A stretch of 19,583 nt of DNA from the NCBI GenBank assembly GCA_044359815.1, contig JBIKLL010000051.1, forward strand, positions 1 to 19,583, in the 5' to 3' direction. Source of the DNA: Pseudobdellovibrionaceae bacterium. Its GTDB lineage: Bacteria; Bdellovibrionota; Bdellovibrionia; Bdellovibrionales; Bdellovibrionaceae. Each line of letters opens with the position of its first letter. The first letter of the stretch is position 1. Below the pieces are notes generated by a model that was not told the DNA's origin, made no database searches, and saw only the letters and a list, made by a program, of their open reading frames with translations. Made by a program: the position numbers and the translations under genes. This document shows positions 1-8,692 of the stretch, in pieces.

Positions 1-9
1 GGGGTGATT

Positions 10-1398
10 TCAATTTATCAGCTCCCCACGCATATTTGATGGAAAGGCCTTCAGGATTTTAACCTTCAAAGTTTGTCCCACCAGTTTTTCAGCCCGTTCG
101 GGCGAATCCATTAACACAGAAACTAATTTGTTCTGTCTGGATCTTCCAACCAGCTTTTTAACATCAGCATTGTATTTCTCAAACAGCACATCCAAAACCT
201 GTCCGTCGTATTTTTCAGCTAACTTAAATGCAATATTGTCTTGATGGGCAAACAATCTGGCCAATCGGTCGTCTTTGGTTGCCTCATCGATTTGGTTTTC
301 AAACTTTTCAGCTTTTGTAAAGGGCCTTGGTGAATATTTAAATGCGTAAACCGTTTCGTAGCCGACTTCAGTCAATAGCTTAAGTGTTTGCTGAAAATCC
401 TCTTCGGTTTCGCCAGGAAATCCGACAATGATATCAGTGGATAAAACCACATTGGGAATAGCTTTTTTGATCATAGCAATTTTATCCAAATATTCCTGAT
501 GTGTGTAACCCCTGTTCATTTGGGCTAAAATAGGATCGCTCCCGCTTTGAAACGGCAGGTGTATGTATTCGCAAACTTTTTCTTTCTCAGACTCAATGAC
601 CTCAACCAGTTTTTGATTAAAATCTTTGGGGTGACTGGTGGTATAGCGAACTCGCTCGATATCTGTTTTTTGTGAAACAGCTTTTAATAAATCGGCAAAA
701 TCACTGCCATCAGTGGATTCATAGGAATTCACATTCTGTCCCAGCAATGTGACCTCTTTCACACCACGGCTGACCAATTTTTTAACGTCTTCTACGATGT
801 GCTCGAGCGGTCTGCTTTTTAATCGCCCACGAGTGAACGGGACGACACAGAAAGTACAAAAATTATCACAGCCCTTGGTGATGTTAACAAAAGTCGCCAC
901 ACCTGGGTTTTTAATTAAAGTTTCTATGTGATAGGGTTCGCGGTGCCTAAACTGAGTGTTTACAGGTTTGTTTAGATCATCCAGATTAGCTAAAATACTG
1001 GGAAGCTCATCGATGTTGTCCGTGCCAAACACAAAATCTATTAGGGGCTGATTTTTTATCAAGGCCCCTTTTTCTTGATTGCCAACGCAACCGCCCACGC
1101 CGATTTTTAAATGCGGATTTTTCTGTTTCAATTTTTTATATCGGCCGGCTTCCGAATAAACCTTTTGCACAGGTTTTTCGCGCACACTGCAGGCATTGAT
1201 AATGATCAAATCGGCTGACTGAACGCTATCAACCTGTTGGTAATTGGCCATTTCCAGCAATGAATACATGCGATCGGTATCGCTAACGTTCATCTGACAA
1301 CCATAGGTCGATATATAAACGTTTTTAGTTTGCGTATCCAAGCCTGGTTTAAATCCAGCAGGGATCGAAATGTCATTTTGCTGACCAAGATTTTGCAA
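10..1398 (-). CDS. miaB: tRNA-2-methylthio-N6-dimethylallyladenosine (i6A37) methylthiotransferase MiaB
   Basis: N-terminal UPF0004 motif TYGCQMN...NACSVRE, radical SAM CxxxCxxC (GCDNFCTFCVVPFTRG), TDIIVGFPGET and FKYSPRP motifs, C-terminal TRAM-like region. TTG start with a GAGGA Shine-Dalgarno just upstream. Confidence 0.95.
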   Translation of the reverse strand: MQNLGQQNDISIPAGFKPGLDTQTKNVYISTYGCQMNVSDTDRMYSLLEMANYQQVDSVQSADLIIINACSVREKPVQKVYSEAGRYKKLKQKNPHLKIGVGGCVGNQEKGALIKNQPLIDFVFGTDNIDELPSILANLDDLNKPVNTQFRHREPYHIETLIKNPGVATFVNITKGCDNFCTFCVVPFTRGRLKSRPLEHIVEDVKKLVSRGVKEVTLLGQNVNSYESTDGSDFADLLKAVSQKTDIERVRYTTSHPKDFNQKLVEVIESEKEKVCEYIHLPFQSGSDPILAQMNRGYTHQEYLDKIAMIKKAIPNVVLSTDIIVGFPGETEEDFQQTLKLLTEVGYETVYAFKYSPRPFTKAEKFENQIDEATKDDRLARLFAHQDNIAFKLAEKYDGQVLDVLFEKYNADVKKLVGRSRQNKLVSVLMDSPERAEKLVGQTLKVKILKAFPSNMRGELIN

Positions 1399-1452
1399 AA
1401 ATCCTCGCTTGTGGTTAATGGCCTAATGAGTTATAGGAAAGCTTAATAATTT

Positions 1453-1965
1453 ATGCAACCACGATTACAAACTTCAAAAAAATGGACGGCCTTTCCTAAG
1501 GAATTTGCCACTCAAGTTTTTGATATTTTTGAAACTCATTTTAAATCAAAGCTTAAAGGCGGTAAATTGATCGTCGAGGGCAGAATCTATCCAGAGGAAG
1601 TTTTGCTGCGCGTTGGCGTGCTTCAAAAAGGCAAACTGGCTCAGCAAAATTTTGAGGTTTCTGCACAGTACAGTTACAAAGATTTAGATGCCGATCAAAA
1701 AATCAATGACTGCATCGACGTCGCGGCCACCTTGATGGACGAGCTACTGTCGCTCCCCGAGGATCAGGAGATCGAATTCCCCCTGGTTTGGACCGAATTT
1801 TCTGAAAATAAATCAAAAATCTTTTTTAAATACACCACGGTCAATACCGAACTGGAAGCAGAGGCCGACAAGATTTTAGGTGTCGCTGCCACTGACGATC
1901 TGGTCAAAGAAGAACCAGACGACGACCCCAACCAACCTCCTAAAAACAAAAACAAGCTTCACTAA
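1453..1965 (+). CDS. Hypothetical protein (170 aa), acidic C-terminal tail
   Basis: Clean ATG-initiated ORF filling the gap, divergent from miaB, with AGGA upstream. No family recognised. Confidence 0.8.
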   Translation: MQPRLQTSKKWTAFPKEFATQVFDIFETHFKSKLKGGKLIVEGRIYPEEVLLRVGVLQKGKLAQQNFEVSAQYSYKDLDADQKINDCIDVAATLMDELLSLPEDQEIEFPLVWTEFSENKSKIFFKYTTVNTELEAEADKILGVAATDDLVKEEPDDDPNQPPKNKNKLH

Positions 1966-1966
1966 T

Positions 1967-2346
1967 TTCGAGATCTAGATTTTTAAAATCTTTTGTATTT
2001 TCTATTTTTGATTCTTTAATCTAAGGAATTTAATAAACTGCAAATATGAGATTTTAGAAACAAATCTTTTTACCTAAACAGGGTACAGCATCCTGCTTCA
2101 CCTGCTGTTGATCGAATAAATTTATAAAAAGACTTAATTTTGAAATTTTGTTTTAAATGGTAATTTTGCGCCGTCCTCAGAATTTAAAATTTATTCTCTC
2201 AACGGTCCCCCATGACCCGCAGAGCCCCTGTTTAGGTAAAAAGATTTGTTTCTAAAATCTCATATTTGCAATTCATTAATAGAAAATTGGCTTTTAAAGA
2301 ATCAAAAATAGAAAATACAAAAGATTTTAAAAATCTAGATCTCGAA
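1967..2346. repeat. Giant fold-back element 1: nested perfect inverted repeats (53 bp outer, 45 bp inner) enclosing a GC-rich structured core
   Basis: 1967-2019 is the exact reverse complement of 2294-2346. 2039-2083 is the exact reverse complement of 2226-2270. A third imperfect stem pairs 2107-2123 with 2187-2203. Lies between convergent genes. Confidence 0.95.
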
Positions 2347-2351
2347 GCCTG

Positions 2352-3707
2352 TTAAGCTTGGTCTTTTTCTAGGAGCTCGGCGATGCTTTTGGCATAAGTG
2401 GCAATTTGGTTTTTGTCAGGACCTTCAACAAGTATCCTGATCAGAGGCTCAGTACCAGAGTATCTGACAAAGATTCGACCTTCGGATTTAAGCTCTTGGG
2501 TGTATTTTCTTATCAGATCGTCGTATCCAGCAACGGCGCTAAGCTCTTTGCGTTTTTTTACTCGGCAATTAATCAAAATTTGCGGAACGTCTTCGATTAG
2601 GTGATTCAGTTCGCTCAGCTTTTTGCCCTCTTGAATCATAACCGCTAAAACGTTAAGAGCTGCCACACATCCATCACCTGTTGTTGTGTGATCCAAAAAT
2701 ATAATGTGACCAGATTGTTCGCCGCCCAGATTGTGTCCGTTTTGTCGCATTTCTTCCACGACGTATTTGTCACCCACATTTGTTTTAACAACTTTGATTC
2801 CATTTTCACTGAGCTTTTTTTCCAGACCAAAATTACTCATCTGGGTTACAACCAAGGTGTTGTTTTTCAGTGTGCCCTTTTTCTTCATGTGTAAAGCGCA
2901 GACTCCCAAAATGTGATCCCCGTTCATTAAATTGCCTTTTTCATCGGCCATAATCACTCGGTCTGCATCACCATCCAGACTGATTCCCACATCAGCTCTG
3001 TATTGAACTACAGCAGCGGCTAATTTTTCTGGATAAAGAGCGCCAACCTTGTCATTGATATTTGTACCATTGGGCGTGTTACCGATATGAATGACTTCTG
3101 CGCCGAGCTCTTCAAAAATTGCAGGAGCAACCTTGTAGGCAGCTCCGTTGGCTGTGTCTAATACAATTCTGATTCCATCCAGAGTGTATTCCAGCGGAAA
3201 TGTGTTTTTAGCAAACACGATGTAGCGACCTTGGGCATCGTCGATTCGCTTGCTGCGACCAATTGAATTAGATCCTGAAAGATTCAAAGACTTTGTGACT
3301 AAATCTTCGATTTGTTTTTCAACTGAATCATCAATTTTGTAGCCATCTGGACCGAATATTTTAATCCCATTGTCTTGATAGGGATTGTGACTGGCTGAAA
3401 TCACAATCCCGCAACTGGCTCTCATATTTCGGGCCAAAAAACCAATCCCTGGTGTTGGTAGTGGACCCACCAATTGCACATGCACACCCATTGAATTTAA
3501 ACCTGATGCTAGAGCTTGCTCAATCATGTAACCCGAAAGCCTGGTGTCTTTACCGATAACTACTTTTTTAGGAAGACTGGGGTTTTTGGCTCGCTGCTGA
3601 TTAAGCCAAAATCCAATGGCTTGTCCAACCTTCAACACCAAATCAGGTGTCATTGGCAGTTGGTTTGCCGTTCCTCTGATTCCGTCTGTGCCAAACAGTT
3701 TTCCCAT
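2352..3707 (-). CDS. glmM: Phosphoglucosamine mutase
   Basis: FGTDGIRG N-terminus, catalytic ISASHNP, metal loop DGDADR, GGEQSGH and RYSGTEPLIR motifs. Confidence 0.96.
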   Translation of the reverse strand: MGKLFGTDGIRGTANQLPMTPDLVLKVGQAIGFWLNQQRAKNPSLPKKVVIGKDTRLSGYMIEQALASGLNSMGVHVQLVGPLPTPGIGFLARNMRASCGIVISASHNPYQDNGIKIFGPDGYKIDDSVEKQIEDLVTKSLNLSGSNSIGRSKRIDDAQGRYIVFAKNTFPLEYTLDGIRIVLDTANGAAYKVAPAIFEELGAEVIHIGNTPNGTNINDKVGALYPEKLAAAVVQYRADVGISLDGDADRVIMADEKGNLMNGDHILGVCALHMKKKGTLKNNTLVVTQMSNFGLEKKLSENGIKVVKTNVGDKYVVEEMRQNGHNLGGEQSGHIIFLDHTTTGDGCVAALNVLAVMIQEGKKLSELNHLIEDVPQILINCRVKKRKELSAVAGYDDLIRKYTQELKSEGRIFVRYSGTEPLIRILVEGPDKNQIATYAKSIAELLEKDQA

Positions 3708-3708
3708 G

Positions 3709-4101
3709 CTATTCTTTCGTCTGCAATTCTGCGTTTATTTGATTGGGTTTTACAGAGATCACTTTCACTCCAAAGGGAACATCAATTTTTTGCAGAGGCA
3801 CATCCAAGGTTAATTTACCATCTGCCTTTTTGGTTACGTCTAATGAAACCAATTGCACAGCTCCGGATTCTAGAAATTTTTTAAGTGCCGTTCGAGGGCC
3901 AGAAAATTTAACTTTCACATGATCTGCGGACTGGCTGATGATGGTTTGATTTGGGGCTGTGACCAATTCAACCTCAAGATTTCTGGTCAAAATAAAATCT
4001 CGCCGTCCCAAAATTGTAAACCACAAAATCAGTGCAATAAATAACGCCACCAATTTGTAGCTTAAATTTTCACCTGCAATTTCAAGAAGCTTTTGTTTCA
4101 T
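3709..4101 (-). CDS. cdaR: Short YbbR/CdaR-like protein (N-terminal TM helix plus one YbbR-like beta domain)
   Basis: N-terminal ENLSYKLVALFIALILWF pattern typical of YbbR/CdaR, plus a V.V..SGPR motif. Sits between cdaA and glmM as in the conserved operon. Confidence 0.75.
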   Translation of the reverse strand: MKQKLLEIAGENLSYKLVALFIALILWFTILGRRDFILTRNLEVELVTAPNQTIISQSADHVKVKFSGPRTALKKFLESGAVQLVSLDVTKKADGKLTLDVPLQKIDVPFGVKVISVKPNQINAELQTKE

Positions 4102-4858
4102 CGTATAAAACCCTTCTTAAATCACCGCTATCATTCATTACCGACAATTGCCCACCGTGAACCAATCCAACGGATTTGTTTTCCTCGCTGACAATAATAA
4201 CAATGGAATCTGTTTCTTCTGTTAAACCAATAGCAGCTCGGTGTCTGGTTCCTAAGTTTTTATCTAACACTGGGCTTTTACTGAGCGGCAAAAAATTGCC
4301 TGCAGAATGGATTTTTCCACCTCTTACCAGTACGGCTCCATCATGGATGGGGCTGCTGGGTAAAAATATAGATAACAGCATTTCAGAACTGAGCTTGGCA
4401 TCCACTTCGGTCCCAAACTCAATGTGATAATCAACCAGGATGTCCCTTTCGATAACTATCAGCGCACCCATGCCCTTTTGAGCCATGGCAAAAGCGGCCT
4501 TACAGATTTCTTCGATCACATAGGCCTCTTGCACACCAGAAACGTCCGAGAAAAAGGGATTGCTACCGATCTGAGCCAACGCCCGCCTGATCTCTGCCTG
4601 AAACAGCACAACCACAATGACAAACAAATTTGAAAAGAATTTTTCTAATATCCAGTTAAAGGTAAACAGCTCAAGCCAGATACTCAGAATGTAGGCAACG
4701 GCCAGAACTCCCAATCCAGACAGCATTTGAATGGTTCCGGTTTTTCTGATTAAAACTAGAATTCGATAAACAACTAACCAAACCAGCAGCACATCCAGTA
4801 AATCCTGAAAGCGCAAGTGAGTTAAAATAAAAACTATGTTGTCCATCGCCTGTTGCAT
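4082..4858 (-). CDS. cdaA: Membrane-bound diadenylate cyclase (c-di-AMP synthase) CdaA/DacA
   Basis: Three N-terminal hydrophobic helices, FQAEIRRAL, GALIVIER, and the DAC catalytic motifs HDGA and GTRHRAA. Confidence 0.93.
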   Translation of the reverse strand: MQQAMDNIVFILTHLRFQDLLDVLLVWLVVYRILVLIRKTGTIQMLSGLGVLAVAYILSIWLELFTFNWILEKFFSNLFVIVVVLFQAEIRRALAQIGSNPFFSDVSGVQEAYVIEEICKAAFAMAQKGMGALIVIERDILVDYHIEFGTEVDAKLSSEMLLSIFLPSSPIHDGAVLVRGGKIHSAGNFLPLSKSPVLDKNLGTRHRAAIGLTEETDSIVIIVSEENKSVGLVHGGQLSVMNDSGDLRRVLYDETKAS

Positions 4859-4868
4859 TTTATTTTTA

Positions 4869-6821
4869 CTAAGCTGTTACTGGTCCTGGATTTCCGACGG
4901 GGTCTGTTGAAGATTTCTTAACCTCTGAAACTTCAGCCTGAGTTCCCCCTGAACTCCCGTTATTATTTTTATTGCTTCTAACCTTTGCGATTTCAGAAAC
5001 AGCGGCTCCATTCACCAGCATTTCAACTTCCACGCCGTCAATGGTTTCGTATTCCAGCAATGCCACCGCCAGTCTTTCCAAAGCGTCTCTGTTATCAACT
5101 AAAATATTTTTTGCTACTTTAAAGCCTTCCTCAACAATTTTAAAAACTTCAGCATCAATTTCTTCGGCCTTTGAATCCGAATATTCTTTAGTGGTGCTGC
5201 CATAATTCAGTCCTAAAAACACAGGGCCTTCGCGTTTTTCATAGGACAGGGGGCCCAGCTTTTCGCTCATTCCCCATTCGCAAACCATCCGACGAGCAAT
5301 CTCGGTAGCCCGCTCGATGTCATTGCCAGCACCTGTTGTGATATCGCCAAACACGATTTCCTCGGCAGCTCTGCCACCAAACAAAAATGAAATCATGTTT
5401 TTAGCTTTAGTCTTAGATAAATTTAAACTGTCTTTTTCAGGAAGAGTCTGAGTTACCCCCAAAGCCATTCCCCTGGGAATAATTGTGACTTTGTGAATAG
5501 GATCAATGCCCACTAATTTTTTACCTACCAGTGTGTGACCTGCTTCGTGATAAGCTGTGACTCTTTTGTCTTCATCTGAAATCACCATGGACTTGCGTTC
5601 ACTGCCCATAAGAACCTTGTCTTTTGCTCGTTCAAAATCGTCCATAGTTAAATATTTTTTATCTGTGCGGGCGGCAATAAGTGCAGCTTCGTTGGCCAGA
5701 TTTTCTAAATCAGCTCCAGAAAACCCTGGAGTCCCTCTGGCGATTTTTTCTAAGTCCACATCAGGTCCCAGCGGAGTCTTTTTAGTGTGCACATCCAAAA
5801 TTTGCTTTCGGCCATTCACATCAGGTTTATTAACAACAACCCTTCTGTCAAATCTGCCTGGTCTTAATAAAGCCGGATCCAACACATCAGGACGGTTAGT
5901 CGCTGCAATTAAAATAACTCCGTCATTGCTCTCAAAGCCATCCATTTCAACCAGCAACTGATTAAGAGTTTGCTCCCTCTCATCATGCCCGCCGCCCATG
6001 CCAGCCCCTCTGTGCCTTCCGACAGCGTCGATCTCGTCGATAAAAATCAAGCACGGAGCTTGTTTTTTACCCTGTTCAAACAAATCTCTGACACGGCTTG
6101 CGCCTACGCCCACGAACATTTCAACGAAATCTGAACCTGAAATAGAAAAAAACGGAACTCCCGCTTCACCAGCAACAGCTCTGGCCAATAATGTTTTACC
6201 TGTTCCCGGAGGACCCACTAACAAAACACCTTTGGGGATTCGCCCACCCAGCTTGGTAAATTTTTTGGGATCTTTTAAAAACTGCACAATCTCTTGCAGT
6301 TCTTCTTTGGCCTCATCGACGCCGGCAACTTCTTTGAAGGTCACACGGTTTTTGGTTTCGTTTAAAAGTTTTGCTTTTGATTTTCCAAAGGACATGGCTT
6401 TACCACCACCGACTTGGATCTGTCGCAGCAATAACATAAACATTCCCACGACTAAAATCACAGGCAGCCAATTAAAAAATAGCGCTTGCATAAACGAGTT
6501 GGAATCGCCCTTTTCGTAATTAGGAGTGATCCCATTGGCGACCAGAAATTTAAAACCCTCATCAGTCGTGTTCCCAGGAATGACAAAGTTTTTACCAGCG
6601 TATTTGCGTTCATAGTCAGCTTTGATTTCGCCAACAATTTCTTCGGTGTCAGTTCTGAAAGTCACTGAAGCGATTTCTTTATTTTTTACTGCTTCAGAAA
6701 ATTTAGCATAGTTAAAATCTTGAATCATAGTTTGGCTTTTATTCTGCCAAGCTTGAATTACAAACACGGCAATCACTACCAGAAAAAGCCAAAGGGCTAA
6801 GGTTTTTTGAGCTGACTTCAT
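4869..6821 (-). CDS. ftsH: ATP-dependent zinc metalloprotease FtsH
   Basis: Two TM segments, Walker A GPPGTGKT, pore FVG, Walker B IFIDEID, second region of homology and HEAGH zinc motif. GGAGG RBS upstream. Confidence 0.98.
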   Translation of the reverse strand: MKSAQKTLALWLFLVVIAVFVIQAWQNKSQTMIQDFNYAKFSEAVKNKEIASVTFRTDTEEIVGEIKADYERKYAGKNFVIPGNTTDEGFKFLVANGITPNYEKGDSNSFMQALFFNWLPVILVVGMFMLLLRQIQVGGGKAMSFGKSKAKLLNETKNRVTFKEVAGVDEAKEELQEIVQFLKDPKKFTKLGGRIPKGVLLVGPPGTGKTLLARAVAGEAGVPFFSISGSDFVEMFVGVGASRVRDLFEQGKKQAPCLIFIDEIDAVGRHRGAGMGGGHDEREQTLNQLLVEMDGFESNDGVILIAATNRPDVLDPALLRPGRFDRRVVVNKPDVNGRKQILDVHTKKTPLGPDVDLEKIARGTPGFSGADLENLANEAALIAARTDKKYLTMDDFERAKDKVLMGSERKSMVISDEDKRVTAYHEAGHTLVGKKLVGIDPIHKVTIIPRGMALGVTQTLPEKDSLNLSKTKAKNMISFLFGGRAAEEIVFGDITTGAGNDIERATEIARRMVCEWGMSEKLGPLSYEKREGPVFLGLNYGSTTKEYSDSKAEEIDAEVFKIVEEGFKVAKNILVDNRDALERLAVALLEYETIDGVEVEMLVNGAAVSEIAKVRSNKNNNGSSGGTQAEVSEVKKSSTDPVGNPGPVTA

Positions 6822-6835
6822 AGGCCTCCAAACGG

Positions 6836-6859
6836 TCAGAGAAAGTTTTCACTTTCTGA
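6836..6859 (-). promoter_or_regulatory. Small hairpin with GAAA tetraloop in the ftsH leader
   Basis: Minus strand reads AGAAAGT-GAAA-ACTTTCT (6857-6840), immediately 5' of the ftsH RBS. Confidence 0.35.
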
Positions 6860-6920
6860 TTAAGAATAGCTTATCACAATTCTCAGCGATGCCACAACAA
6901 AGCTCAGTGATTGCAAAAAT

Positions 6921-7916
6921 TTAGGTCCTATGTTTTGGATCTATTTGGACAAGGATAAGCCCTGCGTTAATTGACCAGATCATGGGACCCAGTACGAAGT
7001 TGTGCAGTTTTTTTGGATTGTCCAGTCGCTTTTGGATTTCTTTGACCTGCCCTAGCGAAAAATTCTTATAACCAGCATTAAAAATCATCTGACCAAGGAC
7101 TGTTTTCTGCTGCGAATCCGACAGAAGCCAGTAATTTTGCACAGTCATTGGGCTGATCTGGGAAAAATCTTGTTCCGACGACTGACAGATTAATTCCAAT
7201 GATCTGGCAAGACTTTCTGTGGATCCAGGACGGACCATTTGCAACTGTGGCAACCAAAAATTTCTGATCCAATTGCGCAAAAAATGATTTTGTTGATTTG
7301 AGGGATCCTGCATCCATTTTAATTCGCATTTTTTTGCATAGGACAGCAAAGATTTCTTTGAAAACTCTAGAGCAGGCCTTAGCTTCCAGTCATTAATAGG
7401 TTTTAGTGATCTGAGCCCCTTTAGACCCGATCCCCGAATCAGCTGAATCAATCTGGTTTCCAGCAGATCATCTTGGTGATGTGCGGTAGATACAAAGTCA
7501 AACTTCAAGCGTTCTTTAAGCTTTAATAGCTCTTGGTAACGAAAGATTCTTAACTGGTTTTCAGCTATCAGCGACTGCTCACTGGGTCCCAGCGCATAAA
7601 ATTGCAAATTATAGGATTTTGCCAACTCTTTGCAAAAACTCTGAGCCTGATTTCGGTATTCAATATCACCGCCATGATGAACATAGGCAACAACTAGATT
7701 CTGCCTTTGAGTTCTGGCGATGGCTTTAAAAAACAAATCAACAAGCACCACAGAATCCACTCCGCCAGACACCGCTATGATGATTTTTTTATCCAATACA
7801 TTGAGATGCCTTAGTTGCTGACTAAACCGATGATTCAGATTAACCCAAGTTGATTTTTTAAATGGTTTGTCTGTTTGATTTGTACTCGTATTTTCAGACA
7901 CAGCTTTGTTTTGCAT
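6921..7916 (-). CDS. tilS: tRNA(Ile)-lysidine synthetase TilS (short form; start uncertain)
   Basis: PP-loop AVSGGVDS, TAHHQDDLLET, RGSG, DPSN and RNWIR motifs. Upstream of ftsH, as in the common tilS-ftsH synteny. Confidence 0.92.
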   Translation of the reverse strand: MQNKAVSENTSTNQTDKPFKKSTWVNLNHRFSQQLRHLNVLDKKIIIAVSGGVDSVVLVDLFFKAIARTQRQNLVVAYVHHGGDIEYRNQAQSFCKELAKSYNLQFYALGPSEQSLIAENQLRIFRYQELLKLKERLKFDFVSTAHHQDDLLETRLIQLIRGSGLKGLRSLKPINDWKLRPALEFSKKSLLSYAKKCELKWMQDPSNQQNHFLRNWIRNFWLPQLQMVRPGSTESLARSLELICQSSEQDFSQISPMTVQNYWLLSDSQQKTVLGQMIFNAGYKNFSLGQVKEIQKRLDNPKKLHNFVLGPMIWSINAGLILVQIDPKHRT

Positions 7917-8053
7917 GGGGCTTTAATTAGCACGAATTCAATTGAAATCAACTCTGGTAACCTTTGAGGGTTTGAGTTTTTTAAATAGAGTGAATTTTAC
8001 TGTACAAAATCCTGACACTGGCGGTTTGATTTACCCCCTGTACAATAACCAAT

Positions 8054-8692
8054 ATGGGCTTTTTAAATCTGCTTTTACACAATGGTTTTGTCAAAATCCC
8101 CAGGTCTATGTCCCTTAAGGTTTTTCTGGGGACTGCATGTGCCAGTGTTTTAATGGTATTTTCGCTGGTCACTAATGCCAGCACCAATCCCATTCAGTCA
8201 AAAGTCAAAGAACTGATTAGCTTTTACCAGGATAGCAAATCATTAAAGGCCGAGGAATCCAGATTGATACAAGATTTTTTATACAGACTCAGTTTTAAAA
8301 TTCATACCTTGGGTGCCACCACTGATGAGCGCAAAGTTTTATTAAATGCTTTAGATCAGATTTTACTGGATTCAAATCTGGAGACTCATCCAAAGATTCT
8401 GACCTTCGCTGAGAATCTGTCACAGGCATTGAAAGACCATTTGGAGCCCAAGGAAGACGCCTTTGCCTTTATCAAAAACTTTATTTCCTTTAGTGGCATC
8501 GATGACCCAAAAGACGTGAATGAGTTTTTTGAAAAACAAGATTATGTGAACAAAAAAAGCTTTATCACGGCCCAGAACCCGATGTTTGAGGAAGCCGGTC
8601 AGTTTGCTATTTTAAAAACTGAACCTCAGGTGGACCTATCCAAGATCAATTTACTGTTTGATTTTAAATTTCAATCAAACCCAACAAATTGA
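8054..8692 (+). CDS. Hypothetical protein, probably exported (alternative start ATG 8108 gives a signal peptide)
   Basis: Long ORF filling the gap. MSLKVFLGTACASVLMVFSLVTNA resembles a Sec signal peptide. Its 3' end overlaps the convergent ALDH gene by 22 nt. Confidence 0.7.
   Translation: MGFLNLLLHNGFVKIPRSMSLKVFLGTACASVLMVFSLVTNASTNPIQSKVKELISFYQDSKSLKAEESRLIQDFLYRLSFKIHTLGATTDERKVLLNALDQILLDSNLETHPKILTFAENLSQALKDHLEPKEDAFAFIKNFISFSGIDDPKDVNEFFEKQDYVNKKSFITAQNPMFEEAGQFAILKTEPQVDLSKINLLFDFKFQSNPTN

Noticed and set aside
2020..2028. TCTAAGGAA present in unpaired regions of both elements (also 14862-14870)
   Set aside because: Both copies are on the same strand although the cores are oppositely oriented. 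A single AT-rich 9-mer may be chance.
2169..2176. 8-mer CGCCGTCC matching GGACGGCG in the element 2 core (14736-14743)
   Set aside because: Suggestive, but the same 8-mer occurs inside CDSs at 4001-4008 and 11179-11186 and sits at a non-equivalent position in the structure. Not used as evidence of homology.
1960..2353. Element 1 as a classical MITE/IS with terminal inverted repeats and target-site duplication
   Set aside because: The flanks (CACTAAT versus GCCTGTT) show no direct repeat, there is no transposase, and the arms are not shared with element 2.
4972..6668. Plus-strand ORFs (77, 134, 173, 60 aa) opposite ftsH, and similar antisense or nested ORFs over miaB, glmM, cdaA, atoB, scoB and pyk
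   Set aside because: Shadow ORFs of well-supported genes with no recognisable motifs.
8000..8045. Direct repeat CTGTACAA at 8000-8007 and 8038-8045 in the tilS divergent region
   Set aside because: Only two 8-mers. The second includes a TACAAT -10-like hexamer but no convincing -35 was found, so there is not enough support for a call.
7981..8193. 70-aa minus-strand ORF upstream of tilS
   Set aside because: Overlaps the better-supported 212-aa plus-strand ORF, and no family features are visible.
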